IMG/VR virus record: IMGVR_UViG_3300037297_000066
Span: 373,332 to 437,331 of that record
Length of the DNA stretch: 64,000 nucleotides
Reading direction: 5' to 3' (one strand)
Shown: positions 18,640-27,517 of the stretch, piece after piece
Numbering within the stretch: the stretch's first letter is position 1
How the letters are laid out: each line of letters starts with the position of its first letter
Notes under the pieces: generated by a model
Told to the model about the DNA's origin: nothing
The model's input: the letters and a program-made list of their open reading frames with translations, nothing else
The model's database searches: none
Made by a program: the position numbers and the translations under genes

Positions 18640-19467
18640 ATGCCGGACCTAGAGCTGCAGGTCGTCGTAAACGAAGATCTTCCGTACGAGTTGGAGTCCG
18701 GGGTCGCTTTTGGGGACTTCGAGGTTCGTGAAGGGGTTGTTTACGACGGGGGCCCTGAAAGCCTGCTTCAGCTTTACCGGAATCTCCTGGTGGGGAGAGC
18801 TCACGGCCTAACTCTCTACACTCGGAAGATCCCTTGGGTGTCGAGTCTGGTTGCCATCGCCTTGTTCTTGAGGAGGGACCTGGCAGTGCATCCCAAGATG
18901 GCACAGTTTGTGATGTCGGCCGACCTGGCTAGCACCTACGGAGCGGCTGGGTTAGCCCATGTGGAGCCCGACGTGTGTTCCTTCTTGAGACTCCTGAGGG
19001 ACTACGTGGTGGACCAAAAGCTCGGAAAACCAGAGTTGGGCCGGAGACTTCATCAAGCGGTCGAGTGGATCGGGGAGTACATTTTGGAGGACCGTCTTCC
19101 GAACCTTCGGCCTGACCCAGAACCTCCTCAGGTATTGGATGTGGGCACAGATGGGTTCGTAACGGCGCTGTCTTCCAGGCCGGAAATCACCCAAGATGAT
19201 TGGATCCCTCTCTATCGGCAAGGTTTCTTGCGTGGGGTACTCTTCACTCCTCCCGAGAATGACTTCAGAGGGTACCTAGCTTCCCGCAAGAGCTCTTGGC
19301 TGACCTTCGACCTGCCCAAGGCCGCTGTTTGGCTAAACGAGGCTGAGAAGGCTCTGAGGGGCCTGGCCGGTCCGCTTTGGGAAGCGGATGGGGATTGGCT
19401 TTGGGGCCCGGAGCCTGGGACACTCCTTCCTCCTTCCTCCGTTTTGGATGTTCTGACCAGGGTCTAG
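18640..19467 (+). CDS. Hypothetical protein (possibly a degenerate DHH-like fold)
   Basis: 275-aa ORF with GAGGG upstream. Only a loose resemblance to DHH-type proteins; no catalytic DHH motif. Confidence 0.6.
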   Translation: MPDLELQVVVNEDLPYELESGVAFGDFEVREGVVYDGGPESLLQLYRNLLVGRAHGLTLYTRKIPWVSSLVAIALFLRRDLAVHPKMAQFVMSADLASTYGAAGLAHVEPDVCSFLRLLRDYVVDQKLGKPELGRRLHQAVEWIGEYILEDRLPNLRPDPEPPQVLDVGTDGFVTALSSRPEITQDDWIPLYRQGFLRGVLFTPPENDFRGYLASRKSSWLTFDLPKAAVWLNEAEKALRGLAGPLWEADGDWLWGPEPGTLLPPSSVLDVLTRV

Positions 19468-19500
19468 CGATAGAGTTTTCGTGCCCATGTCTCTGTAGGC

Positions 19501-20547
19501 ATGCCTGCACGAGTTTTAGTCACCCTCGGAACGGATGGGATCACCAACTGGGTTCAGGCCCCGAACGGTCGAAAACTGAGTTTGGGGACCATTGCTCCTG
19601 TCAAGTTCGTAGTGGAATTGGCTTCCAACGCTAGGGCGGCTCGGCAGGCTCTGGATGGCTTTGTTCGGGATGGGGAGGGGATGCTGAGTGTGGATCTTCA
19701 GGGGATGTTGGATTTGCTCACACCTAGACGCACTCGATGGGCCACGGATGCTTTTATTCCCTCTGATCTACAACAGATGGAGAAGTCTAGCCTGGACCTA
19801 CAGTGGGTCGATTTGTTCCTCTCAAAGGCAGAGGGACAGGTGCAGAAGTTGTCTTCGGAACCCGGAGACCCTTCTGAACTGGAGACCCTCAACAAGTCTG
19901 TCCAGGCTCTTTGCCATCCAGAGCAGGTTTCCTTTGAGGGAAGGCTGACTGCCATCGAAGCGTGTCTTGAGAAGGTTCCTTTGTCGGAGGAGAGGGTAGC
20001 TACCTTGAGATATTTGGTAGCGAGTCTTCAAACTCCTAAGGCCGCCGTTGAGTTGGCCGAAAGCATTCTAGCTGAGGTTCGAGAGACGAATGCTCGGATT
20101 GATTCCCTGGTCGAGCAAGGAAAGCGTTTCAGTTCGGTCAAAGCCAAAACTGAACTGGCCAAGGTGGTCAATGCTGTGGCCGGCATTGCTACTCATGATG
20201 TGACGGTTCCAGAAGTTCGAGAGGAGCTGAATGCAACGGCCTGTCGAGCAGACGAGTTGCACCGTCTCTTTTTCAGCAAGAGTGCAGCTCTTCGTCCGGG
20301 AGCAGCCACTCAACTTGAGTCAGCTCTCAACAAACTCCTCCGAAAGTTCCGTGGTGTGAAGGTGTCCTTGGATTTTCGTACCCGAGGCAAGAAGCAGGAG
20401 CCTTACATCACAGTTGCTATGCCGAGCCGAGATTGGTTTGAGAACACCTTGGCTCGTGACTTGGACGCTTTGGGGGACTTCAATTCTCTAGTTGGCTCCT
20501 ATGGGGCTGAGTACAAGCTGACCGGACAAGAGATCATCATCCAATGA
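19501..20547 (+). CDS. Hypothetical, largely helical protein
   Basis: 348-aa ORF filling the space before the tube gene. Confidence 0.7.
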   Translation: MPARVLVTLGTDGITNWVQAPNGRKLSLGTIAPVKFVVELASNARAARQALDGFVRDGEGMLSVDLQGMLDLLTPRRTRWATDAFIPSDLQQMEKSSLDLQWVDLFLSKAEGQVQKLSSEPGDPSELETLNKSVQALCHPEQVSFEGRLTAIEACLEKVPLSEERVATLRYLVASLQTPKAAVELAESILAEVRETNARIDSLVEQGKRFSSVKAKTELAKVVNAVAGIATHDVTVPEVREELNATACRADELHRLFFSKSAALRPGAATQLESALNKLLRKFRGVKVSLDFRTRGKKQEPYITVAMPSRDWFENTLARDLDALGDFNSLVGSYGAEYKLTGQEIIIQ

Positions 20548-20576
20548 GGATTTGAACCCGCCAGGGAGGACCTACC

Positions 20577-21299
20577 GTGCCTACTGCAACCAATTCCAAC
20601 AGCAACGCAAACTACATCTACCGGATGGGCACGAGCCCCAACACCCGAGCGGCCGTTTCACAAAAAAACAAGGTCTACGGGTACATGGAGGGAGCCCAAC
20701 GGTTTCAGCAGATCGGTGTTCTTTCTGAGTTCGGGCATGATGAGTCTCGGGCCATCGAGCCTATCCGTGGGGTAGGTTATGGTGATCAGGTTGCCGAGCT
20801 CATTCCGGGTGTAACGGAGCCAATGACCTTGACGGTCAACAAGACTCTGCTGTACGCCGTGAACATCTTCCAGGCACTCGGCTACAAGGGTGGGGTTCGA
20901 GGGCTGGTTCGAAGCCTCAAGCACCACCGGTGGCCGTTCGACATCCGTCAAGAACTGGTTTTCAGTGAGATCGCTTCGGCTTGGGATACCTCTGAGTATC
21001 AAGAGAAAGCTTTGACTCAGGCAGGGGCTGTTCCGACACCTGCGTCTGTGATCAAGGCTCTGTTCACCTTCTACGAGGGTTGCTGGATGAACAGCTACTC
21101 GGCTTCCTACACATCGGATGCCTCGATCGTAGCGGAGAACTCCAGCGTCACCGTGACCGACGTTCTTGATGGCAAGAGCACCTATGGTGAGTACATCGAC
21201 AGCGGTCTGGCTCCAGTGTCTGAGAATGGTTCGGCAGGTGTTGGCTACTCCATCCGGTTCTCTGGAGGAGGCGCCGCGACACCGGCTCCTGCCGTCTAG
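20577..21299 (+). CDS. Tail tube protein
   Basis: 'IGVLSEFGHDESRAIEPIRGVG..AELIPG..TLTVNKTLLY..PFDI..YEGCWMNSYSASY..IVAENSSV' follows the myovirus tube strand pattern. GGGAGG upstream. Precedes the chaperones and tape measure. Confidence 0.8.
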   Translation: MPTATNSNSNANYIYRMGTSPNTRAAVSQKNKVYGYMEGAQRFQQIGVLSEFGHDESRAIEPIRGVGYGDQVAELIPGVTEPMTLTVNKTLLYAVNIFQALGYKGGVRGLVRSLKHHRWPFDIRQELVFSEIASAWDTSEYQEKALTQAGAVPTPASVIKALFTFYEGCWMNSYSASYTSDASIVAENSSVTVTDVLDGKSTYGEYIDSGLAPVSENGSAGVGYSIRFSGGGAATPAPAV

Positions 21300-21306
21300 T
21301 ACGGTT

Positions 21307-21410
21307 GGACGACGATGAAGATGAGAATGCAGCAAGTACAATTGCGCCCTAGGCAGATGTAGACTTCCGCCTTCATCGCCGTCCTCAGATAAAGAAGAGG
21401 ATGAGGATGG
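21307..21410 (+). promoter_or_regulatory. Structured leader with RAY arrays and two alternative hairpins over the chaperone start
   Basis: 21307-21320 pairs with 21371-21384 (13/14). Alternatively 21373-21386 pairs with 21397-21410. Confidence 0.55.
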
Positions 21411-22549
21411 CAACACTCAAGGCGACAAAGCTCCAAGCAGCTATACGCAAGGCAAAGAAGGTTGGTCTGGTTGAGGAGTTCGTAACCATTACGGGCTGCC
21501 CGATAACGCTGACCAACCTTCAGCCTGAGCAGTTTGAGCAGATCGTAGATGAATGCGAAGAACTGGAGGATGTGGCCTACTACCACGCCTACCAGATCGG
21601 GCACATTTCTCGCAGTCTGGTTGAGGTCAACGGGATCGACCTAAGAGATGTTGACTTCGTAGAAGTTGAGGTCCAAGAGCCTGATGATTCGGGGCAGTTG
21701 GTACCCAAGACGGTCCAGATCGAGCGTCACGAATGGGTCAAGAAAGAGATCCTTTCGACATGGGGGAGAGAAGCCCTTGCTATAGCTTGGCGCAAGTTCA
21801 TGGATGTCCTCCACAAGGCCGAGTTAGCGTCTAAGGAGGGGGTTACTTTCGACCTGGCGCAAGAAACTCCAGAGGAGAAGTATCGCCGTCTGTTGGACGA
21901 GGCCAGGGAAATTGAGGAGAACCTGCCTCCGGATCTGGTTCCACGCATTCTGGAGGAGAAAGGCTACCTGCTCAAGGCTTCTAAAGAGGAGTTGGAAGCC
22001 GCTGGAGAGAGGATAGATCGCCTAGCTCAGGAGCAAGAGGAGAGCTCCCCTTCTTCGGAACCTCCACCACCCTCTCCTGAGCCTCCAGTACCCCCTCCAG
22101 TACCCCCTCCAGTGGCTTTGGCGTCTCCTACTCAGGGTTCCCCTCAGGAGGTTCCAAAACAGCCTCTAGACGCTCCTGAGGGCCCTAGTCAGGACGTTAA
22201 GCAGAGAATGTCTAGTCGGACTCCTTTGAATCGCCAAGGAGTGCAGGCTCCGATACCGGTTCAGAGGCGTGTGGTTTCGGCTCAACAGTCAGTTCCGGTG
22301 CCCCCCAATATTGCAGCCGCTGCTATGAGTGCGTCGGACAAGGCGGAGATAGAGAGGAAGGCGTTAGAGGAGTTGGACCCTAGTTTAGCTCAGGCAGATC
22401 CTTCTCAGTCTGCCAAACGACCTTCTGCGGGGGAGATTGCGGAACTTCGAAAACAAGGGACTTTGGATGCTCGGGCTCTCGTAGGCATCACGGACACCCC
22501 TCCTCCTGCTGGGATAAACCCTAGGTACCGAAAGCCGCCTGGACTGTGA
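21401..22549 (+). CDS. Putative tail assembly chaperone with Pro-rich C-terminal half (start may be ATG 21407)
   Basis: Between tube and tape measure. Contains 'VTITGCPITLTNL..ISRSLVEVNGIDL'. Confidence 0.6.
   Translation: MRMATLKATKLQAAIRKAKKVGLVEEFVTITGCPITLTNLQPEQFEQIVDECEELEDVAYYHAYQIGHISRSLVEVNGIDLRDVDFVEVEVQEPDDSGQLVPKTVQIERHEWVKKEILSTWGREALAIAWRKFMDVLHKAELASKEGVTFDLAQETPEEKYRRLLDEAREIEENLPPDLVPRILEEKGYLLKASKEELEAAGERIDRLAQEQEESSPSSEPPPPSPEPPVPPPVPPPVALASPTQGSPQEVPKQPLDAPEGPSQDVKQRMSSRTPLNRQGVQAPIPVQRRVVSAQQSVPVPPNIAAAAMSASDKAEIERKALEELDPSLAQADPSQSAKRPSAGEIAELRKQGTLDARALVGITDTPPPAGINPRYRKPPGL
22082..22113 (+). repeat. 12-nt tandem repeat CCTCCAGTACCC (~2.7 copies) encoding PPVP
   Basis: cctccagtaccc-cctccagtaccc-cctccagt read directly from the sequence. 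Confidence 0.8.
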
Positions 22550-22553
22550 TCGT

Positions 22554-23810
22554 ATGAGCTACGAGGAAGACCAGGCCAAACTCAAGCGAGAGTTGGAAGG
22601 GGCGCCCGAGGATCCGGATGACGCTTCTTTCATTCCTCCAGAGCCTGAGGTTAACCCGGAAGTATACAAGGATGTGGAGCCCTTGCTTTTTCGAGGGTTT
22701 CTATACCAAGCAGCAGAGATCAATGGGGTCCCTTTCGTTTTCAAGTCTCTCAACCAGCATGAGTTCGATGCTTTGAATTTAGGGGGAGTTCCCTCTGGTA
22801 ACCACAAGCTGGTTCAGAGGTACTACGACCGGTTTCTTTCTTACGGGGTCTTCAAGATCGATGACCAGAATGTGCTGGTAGATCGGGAAGAGAGTCTGCC
22901 TGAACTGGTTGACTTCTTTAAGAGCCTTTCGGGCGAGGCCAAGCAAAAGGTAGTGCGTTACCTGAGTGAATTGAATCGTAGGGCCAGTCGAGCTGTCTTG
23001 TTGTCTGAGGTCTTTGCTATGGAAAGCACCTCCAGGCATCGATGGTCTCAGTATCAGGGGATGGATCTAACTTCTCCAGCCGTCACGGGGATTCGAGGCA
23101 CTGAGTACCTGGGACTCAACTGGGGACAGTTGGCTTGGCGGGCGTTCAACTACTTCGAGGACATGAAGGTCCAAATGGAGGTGGACTGGGAAAACACGAA
23201 ATTCGTAGCCAGCTCAATGGCCGGGAAGGGCATGAACAAGATTCACTCCCAGGATAAGACTCGGCGCAAGAGCGAAATGATGGAGAGGCGCGAACGAAAG
23301 GACAAGATCCTTCGTTTGGCCGTCTTAGGTGAGCCATTTGAGGATAGCAAGAAGGATAGCGCTCAACTCAAGGTAGCTCGAACGGTCGAAGAGTTGACGG
23401 ACCAATTGGAAAGAGATCTTAAGGGTGAGAAAGACTGGCACGACATGGTGATTGCTGACCATGAACGGCGACTCAAAGAAGAGTACGAGGCCAAGTCCCA
23501 ACGTCTGAAGGATCTGGCAGCTGCTCATCTGGCTGAGTATGGGGAGAGCCGACTAGCAGGCTCTACGGATCGTCAAGGGTTGTCTAAGGCCCAAGTGGAA
23601 GAACGTGTTCAGCGACGACGTCAACTCATGGCTCAGCGATTGGCTCAGGGAATCGTCTACCCGGAGCTTCAAGACCCTAAGATGGCCAACCACATTGAGA
23701 AGTGGCAGAGCGCTGTTCCTCTGATTAGGACCAGTCGGGATCCGAGCACTGCTACTCCTGCTGTTACCCGTTCTCGTCCTGTGTCTCAGCCCTTCAACCT
23801 TAAGAGGTAG
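22554..23810 (+). CDS. Second putative tail assembly chaperone
   Basis: Immediately upstream of the tape measure. 'AEINGVPFVFKSLNQHEF..LSYGVFKIDDQNV' parallels the N-domain of the 21401 protein. Confidence 0.55.
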   Translation: MSYEEDQAKLKRELEGAPEDPDDASFIPPEPEVNPEVYKDVEPLLFRGFLYQAAEINGVPFVFKSLNQHEFDALNLGGVPSGNHKLVQRYYDRFLSYGVFKIDDQNVLVDREESLPELVDFFKSLSGEAKQKVVRYLSELNRRASRAVLLSEVFAMESTSRHRWSQYQGMDLTSPAVTGIRGTEYLGLNWGQLAWRAFNYFEDMKVQMEVDWENTKFVASSMAGKGMNKIHSQDKTRRKSEMMERRERKDKILRLAVLGEPFEDSKKDSAQLKVARTVEELTDQLERDLKGEKDWHDMVIADHERRLKEEYEAKSQRLKDLAAAHLAEYGESRLAGSTDRQGLSKAQVEERVQRRRQLMAQRLAQGIVYPELQDPKMANHIEKWQSAVPLIRTSRDPSTATPAVTRSRPVSQPFNLKR

Positions 23811-23812
23811 TT

Positions 23813-26800
23813 GTGCCTACTCCTGAAGAAGTCCTGACTATTGGGTTGGACCTGGATATTACAGGGGCTCTCAAGGATCTGGCAGCCTTTCAACGGAAGA
23901 TGTCTGCTCAGATGGGGGCGGTGACGGATACCGTAGACAAGCTGAGCAAGGCCAACGAAAGGATGGCTAAGAAGGCTGCCAAAGGGACCAGAGAGTGGGA
24001 AGAGTCCGTCGAAGATCTAGAAGAGTCAGTGGACAAGCTGGAGAAGGTACTGGCGAATCTGGAGCGTCGAGCCAAGAAGGCTAGTGGAGAAGAGAAAAGA
24101 CGTCTTGAGCAAGAGATCGCTACTCTTCGACGGGTAGCAGAAGAGAAAAAGAAGGGAGAGAAGAAGGAGAAGGGAAAGAGAGGGGTAGGGGAGGCTGAAG
24201 CAGCTGCGAAAGGTGCTGTAGCTGGAGCTCTTGCTGGCTTGGCTGGTAGAGAGGCTAAGGACATTGGGAGGGATATCTTTGGAGGTATGAGAGGGGGCAT
24301 GCAGTCCTTGTTCCAGAAGGACCTAAAGGGCTCTATCGCTGGAGGGGGAAAGCTTCTTAGCGGCATCATGGAGGGAACCTTCAAGGTTGGTGGTGGGCTC
24401 TTCAAGCGAGGTGGGAAAGTATTTGGAGACCAGGCCGGAAGTTTCCTGATGCGCAAGTCTCAGCAGCAGATGGCTAAGGGAGGGATGAAGGGCAAGATGG
24501 CGGGGGGTGGCCTGGCGGGCGTAGGAGCCGCCTTGAAGGGATTGGGGGGCATGTTCAAGGCAGTGGGTCCCCTTCTCAACACTCTTAGCAAGATCGGACC
24601 CTTGGTGGGAATGCTGTCTTCAGCCTTAATGGGGGTAGTTCAGCTTCTCATAGATCTAGATTCTAGGGCCAAAGACTTCAATCGATCTATCCTCCAGACG
24701 GCAGGCAATGCTGAGTTTCTGGCCAACAACTTCTACGATTCGGAGTTGGCTGCCGGGGATATGGAAGATACCCTGAAAGGGGTGAGAGACGCTGCCTACA
24801 GTCTCAAGAACATTGACTGGGGGATCACTGCGGACGAGCACAAGGCGGTCTACAACACTCTCAACCAAGAGGGTGTAGCCTTTGCTGATGTCTCCAAGTG
24901 GGCTAAAGCTTCCAAGAGATCGGTTGAGGACTTTTCGTTCGAGTTGGTGAAAGTGAGCGTGGGGATTTCTAGGAATCTCGGCGTACCTCTTCAAGAGATC
25001 AACCAAATGCAGGCCGAGATGATAACGGAGCTAGGTTCTAGTTTGGATGAGACCAAGCTGGCCTTTGCTCAAATGACTCGGGCAGCTACAGAGTCGGGGA
25101 TTGCTGGCAACAAGTTTTTCGCCATGATTCGGGGTGTGAGTCAGGACTTGGCTCTGTACAACACTCGAATGGGATCGGCTTCGAAGCTTCTCAAGGAAGT
25201 GGGTAAAGCCATGAATCCTCGGGCAGCTCAACAATTCATGCAGTTTGCCATGCAGGGGCTAAAGTCGATGGATCAGGACGCTCGTATGCGTCTCAATCTG
25301 CTGACCGGAGGCAAGGGCAAAGGCATCGTCACGAAGGATTTGGAACGTAAGGGCAAGCTTCTGGTTAGAGACATTCGAGAGTCTTTCGTTCAGGGTTCTG
25401 AGGCTCTAGCGGCTTCTTGGAGTGAGGACAAGATTCAGGAGGCTTTGTCCAAAGGAGGGATCGAACGGGCCCAGCTGCTTCGTGATGTAGGGAAGATGCG
25501 TGGCGGAGGTGCTCTGGTAGGGGCAGCTGAAGAGATGAAGATCGATAGGTCTGCCGTCAAGAAAGGGGAGTACGGGGTGGCGGCTGCTATGCGAAACCTT
25601 TCTGCAGGGGGCAGCTTGGAGATGATGAGGGCGGGCATCATGAAGTTCAGTGGGGCCAAATCTCTTTCTGAGGGCATCGGAAGCATCGGTCAGGACAAGA
25701 TGGCTCAGATGCTAGGCATCTCTGAAGAGCAGGTGCGGGGAATGGCCAAGCTGGAAGGCCACTTGATGCGACAGAGAGAGTTGCTCAAAGCAGACTTAGA
25801 GTCGTCAGATGAGAAGGTAAGAGAAGATGCCAAGCAGAGGCTTGAGGCAGCGGGGATAACCGAGGAGCAGCTCAAGAGCAACCAGGTGGGTATGGGTGCT
25901 CTTATGGAAACGCTGTCTGATAAGGATCGGAAGCAGGCTGAGGAAGACTCTGAAACTCAACTAGATGTATCGAAGCGGCAAGCAGACATGCAGACGAGCA
26001 TGCTTCAGAAGTTCGAGATACTCGTCAACTTCCTCATGAACCAGCTCTACAACGTACTCCTGGACATCTGGGAAGCCGTTGAATCTATCATGGATCCATT
26101 GGGTTCAGAGAAGGAGAAACGTAAGGCTAAGCGAGCTATTCTGGAGACCAAAGACCCTGAGATGATCAAGGCCATGCGAGACATGGGGGAGAATCTGGAT
26201 GCCTACGCTTTGAGAGGAAAGGCTTCAGATGTGTATGGCAAGGCTTTGACGGAGAAGGTTCAAACAGATGAGGGTCGAGCGCAGGTATTGAAGGTTGCCC
26301 AGGAGCAGTTGACTCACGAAGACATCATGGCTGCCGGAGCAATGGGAGGTGTCTCCAAGGCCAAGATGGATAAGCTGAGGTCCAAGCTGTACAAGAAGGT
26401 AACAGCAACAGAGGCAGGTATGGCTCCTGCTGTTTCTGTTGGGGGCCCAGGCACTATGGCCCCTGCAATGGCAATGGCAGGGGCTACCAAAGTTACGGTA
26501 CCTATCGAAGGGGTGGACTTTGGTCAGGCTATGCGAGATGCTGGTTTCAGTCCCGATGAGATTTCCCATCTCTTGGAAAAGGGAATCTGGGCTGCCGCTC
26601 CTTCTCGGGCAGTTTCTTTTGCTACCAGAGTAGGCAAGCCTGAGGCCAAGAAAGAAGCCAAGGTACAAGCTGAAGAGCAGGCCAAGGTCCAGCAGCCTTC
26701 CGCTCAGCAGCAGGCTTCGGCAAAGACGGCTGCCCCTCCAGGCCAACCTGCTGCGGCAGCGTCCGGCGTAGGTACTCTTGGCCAGGATGAGATGGCTCGT

Positions 26801-27514
26801 AGGTTAGGTGGGGGGATGAGAGGTTCTTTGGCTGCCGCTGTGGAGGCTGCCAGGGCGAAGATTCGACCCGGTGGGTCTGGGGGTACTCTGGAAGGCAAGG
26901 CTGAGGAGGTACCCGCTACGGCTAAGGGTCAAGGTCAGCTGCATGAAGACATGAGCCGGATGGAGAAACGTCTCTCTACAAAGGGCATCCGGTACGACAA
27001 GTCCTTCCTGACCGGAGACTATGGTTCTGAGATCGAGAAGAGAGTTCTCGATGCGATGCGTGTGGCCCTCGTGGAATTCGCTATCTACAAGGACGCTGAC
27101 AAGGAAGCCTTGGTTAGGTCTCTAGGAAAGGCTGATCCTAAGACCTTCGGAAAGGACCTTCTACAAGCAGCCCAGACAACCAAGAATCCTGCTGATTTCG
27201 CTAAATCTCTCACTACGGGAACTATGGGGGAGGGTACGCCTACACAGACCGGGGGGTATGTTGTGGGACGGAACCCGGATGGCACAGCCCGTGTTCTTCG
27301 TCCACCGGCGGGCGAGTCTCCGGCCTTCGTGGGTCCTGGGGAAAGCATCATGTCCCGAGGGGCGATGGCAGCCATGGCTGGAGGGGGTCGAGGTGGGTTG
27401 CCTCCTATTCAGGTCAGCGTCAATGGTGTAGGAGGTCGGGAACTAGCTCGGATCATCGAAGCCAAGGTGGCTGATGGTGTGTACGAGTACAAGCGCAGGG
27501 AAGGGTTCTCTTGA
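23813..27514 (+). CDS. Tape measure protein
   Basis: 1233 aa, A/G/K/M-rich and helical, with an N-terminal coiled coil and a Gly-rich hydrophobic segment. C-terminal 'IQVSVNG..LARIIEAKV'. Canonical position. Confidence 0.88.
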   Translation: MPTPEEVLTIGLDLDITGALKDLAAFQRKMSAQMGAVTDTVDKLSKANERMAKKAAKGTREWEESVEDLEESVDKLEKVLANLERRAKKASGEEKRRLEQEIATLRRVAEEKKKGEKKEKGKRGVGEAEAAAKGAVAGALAGLAGREAKDIGRDIFGGMRGGMQSLFQKDLKGSIAGGGKLLSGIMEGTFKVGGGLFKRGGKVFGDQAGSFLMRKSQQQMAKGGMKGKMAGGGLAGVGAALKGLGGMFKAVGPLLNTLSKIGPLVGMLSSALMGVVQLLIDLDSRAKDFNRSILQTAGNAEFLANNFYDSELAAGDMEDTLKGVRDAAYSLKNIDWGITADEHKAVYNTLNQEGVAFADVSKWAKASKRSVEDFSFELVKVSVGISRNLGVPLQEINQMQAEMITELGSSLDETKLAFAQMTRAATESGIAGNKFFAMIRGVSQDLALYNTRMGSASKLLKEVGKAMNPRAAQQFMQFAMQGLKSMDQDARMRLNLLTGGKGKGIVTKDLERKGKLLVRDIRESFVQGSEALAASWSEDKIQEALSKGGIERAQLLRDVGKMRGGGALVGAAEEMKIDRSAVKKGEYGVAAAMRNLSAGGSLEMMRAGIMKFSGAKSLSEGIGSIGQDKMAQMLGISEEQVRGMAKLEGHLMRQRELLKADLESSDEKVREDAKQRLEAAGITEEQLKSNQVGMGALMETLSDKDRKQAEEDSETQLDVSKRQADMQTSMLQKFEILVNFLMNQLYNVLLDIWEAVESIMDPLGSEKEKRKAKRAILETKDPEMIKAMRDMGENLDAYALRGKASDVYGKALTEKVQTDEGRAQVLKVAQEQLTHEDIMAAGAMGGVSKAKMDKLRSKLYKKVTATEAGMAPAVSVGGPGTMAPAMAMAGATKVTVPIEGVDFGQAMRDAGFSPDEISHLLEKGIWAAAPSRAVSFATRVGKPEAKKEAKVQAEEQAKVQQPSAQQQASAKTAAPPGQPAAAASGVGTLGQDEMARRLGGGMRGSLAAAVEAARAKIRPGGSGGTLEGKAEEVPATAKGQGQLHEDMSRMEKRLSTKGIRYDKSFLTGDYGSEIEKRVLDAMRVALVEFAIYKDADKEALVRSLGKADPKTFGKDLLQAAQTTKNPADFAKSLTTGTMGEGTPTQTGGYVVGRNPDGTARVLRPPAGESPAFVGPGESIMSRGAMAAMAGGGRGGLPPIQVSVNGVGGRELARIIEAKVADGVYEYKRREGFS

Positions 27515-27517
27515 TAG

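Noticed and set aside
22516-22524. A-AAC-CCT as a -1 frameshift site at the end of the first chaperone gene
   Set aside because: The -1 frame hits TAG immediately (22522-22524), and the downstream ORF is in the +1 frame.
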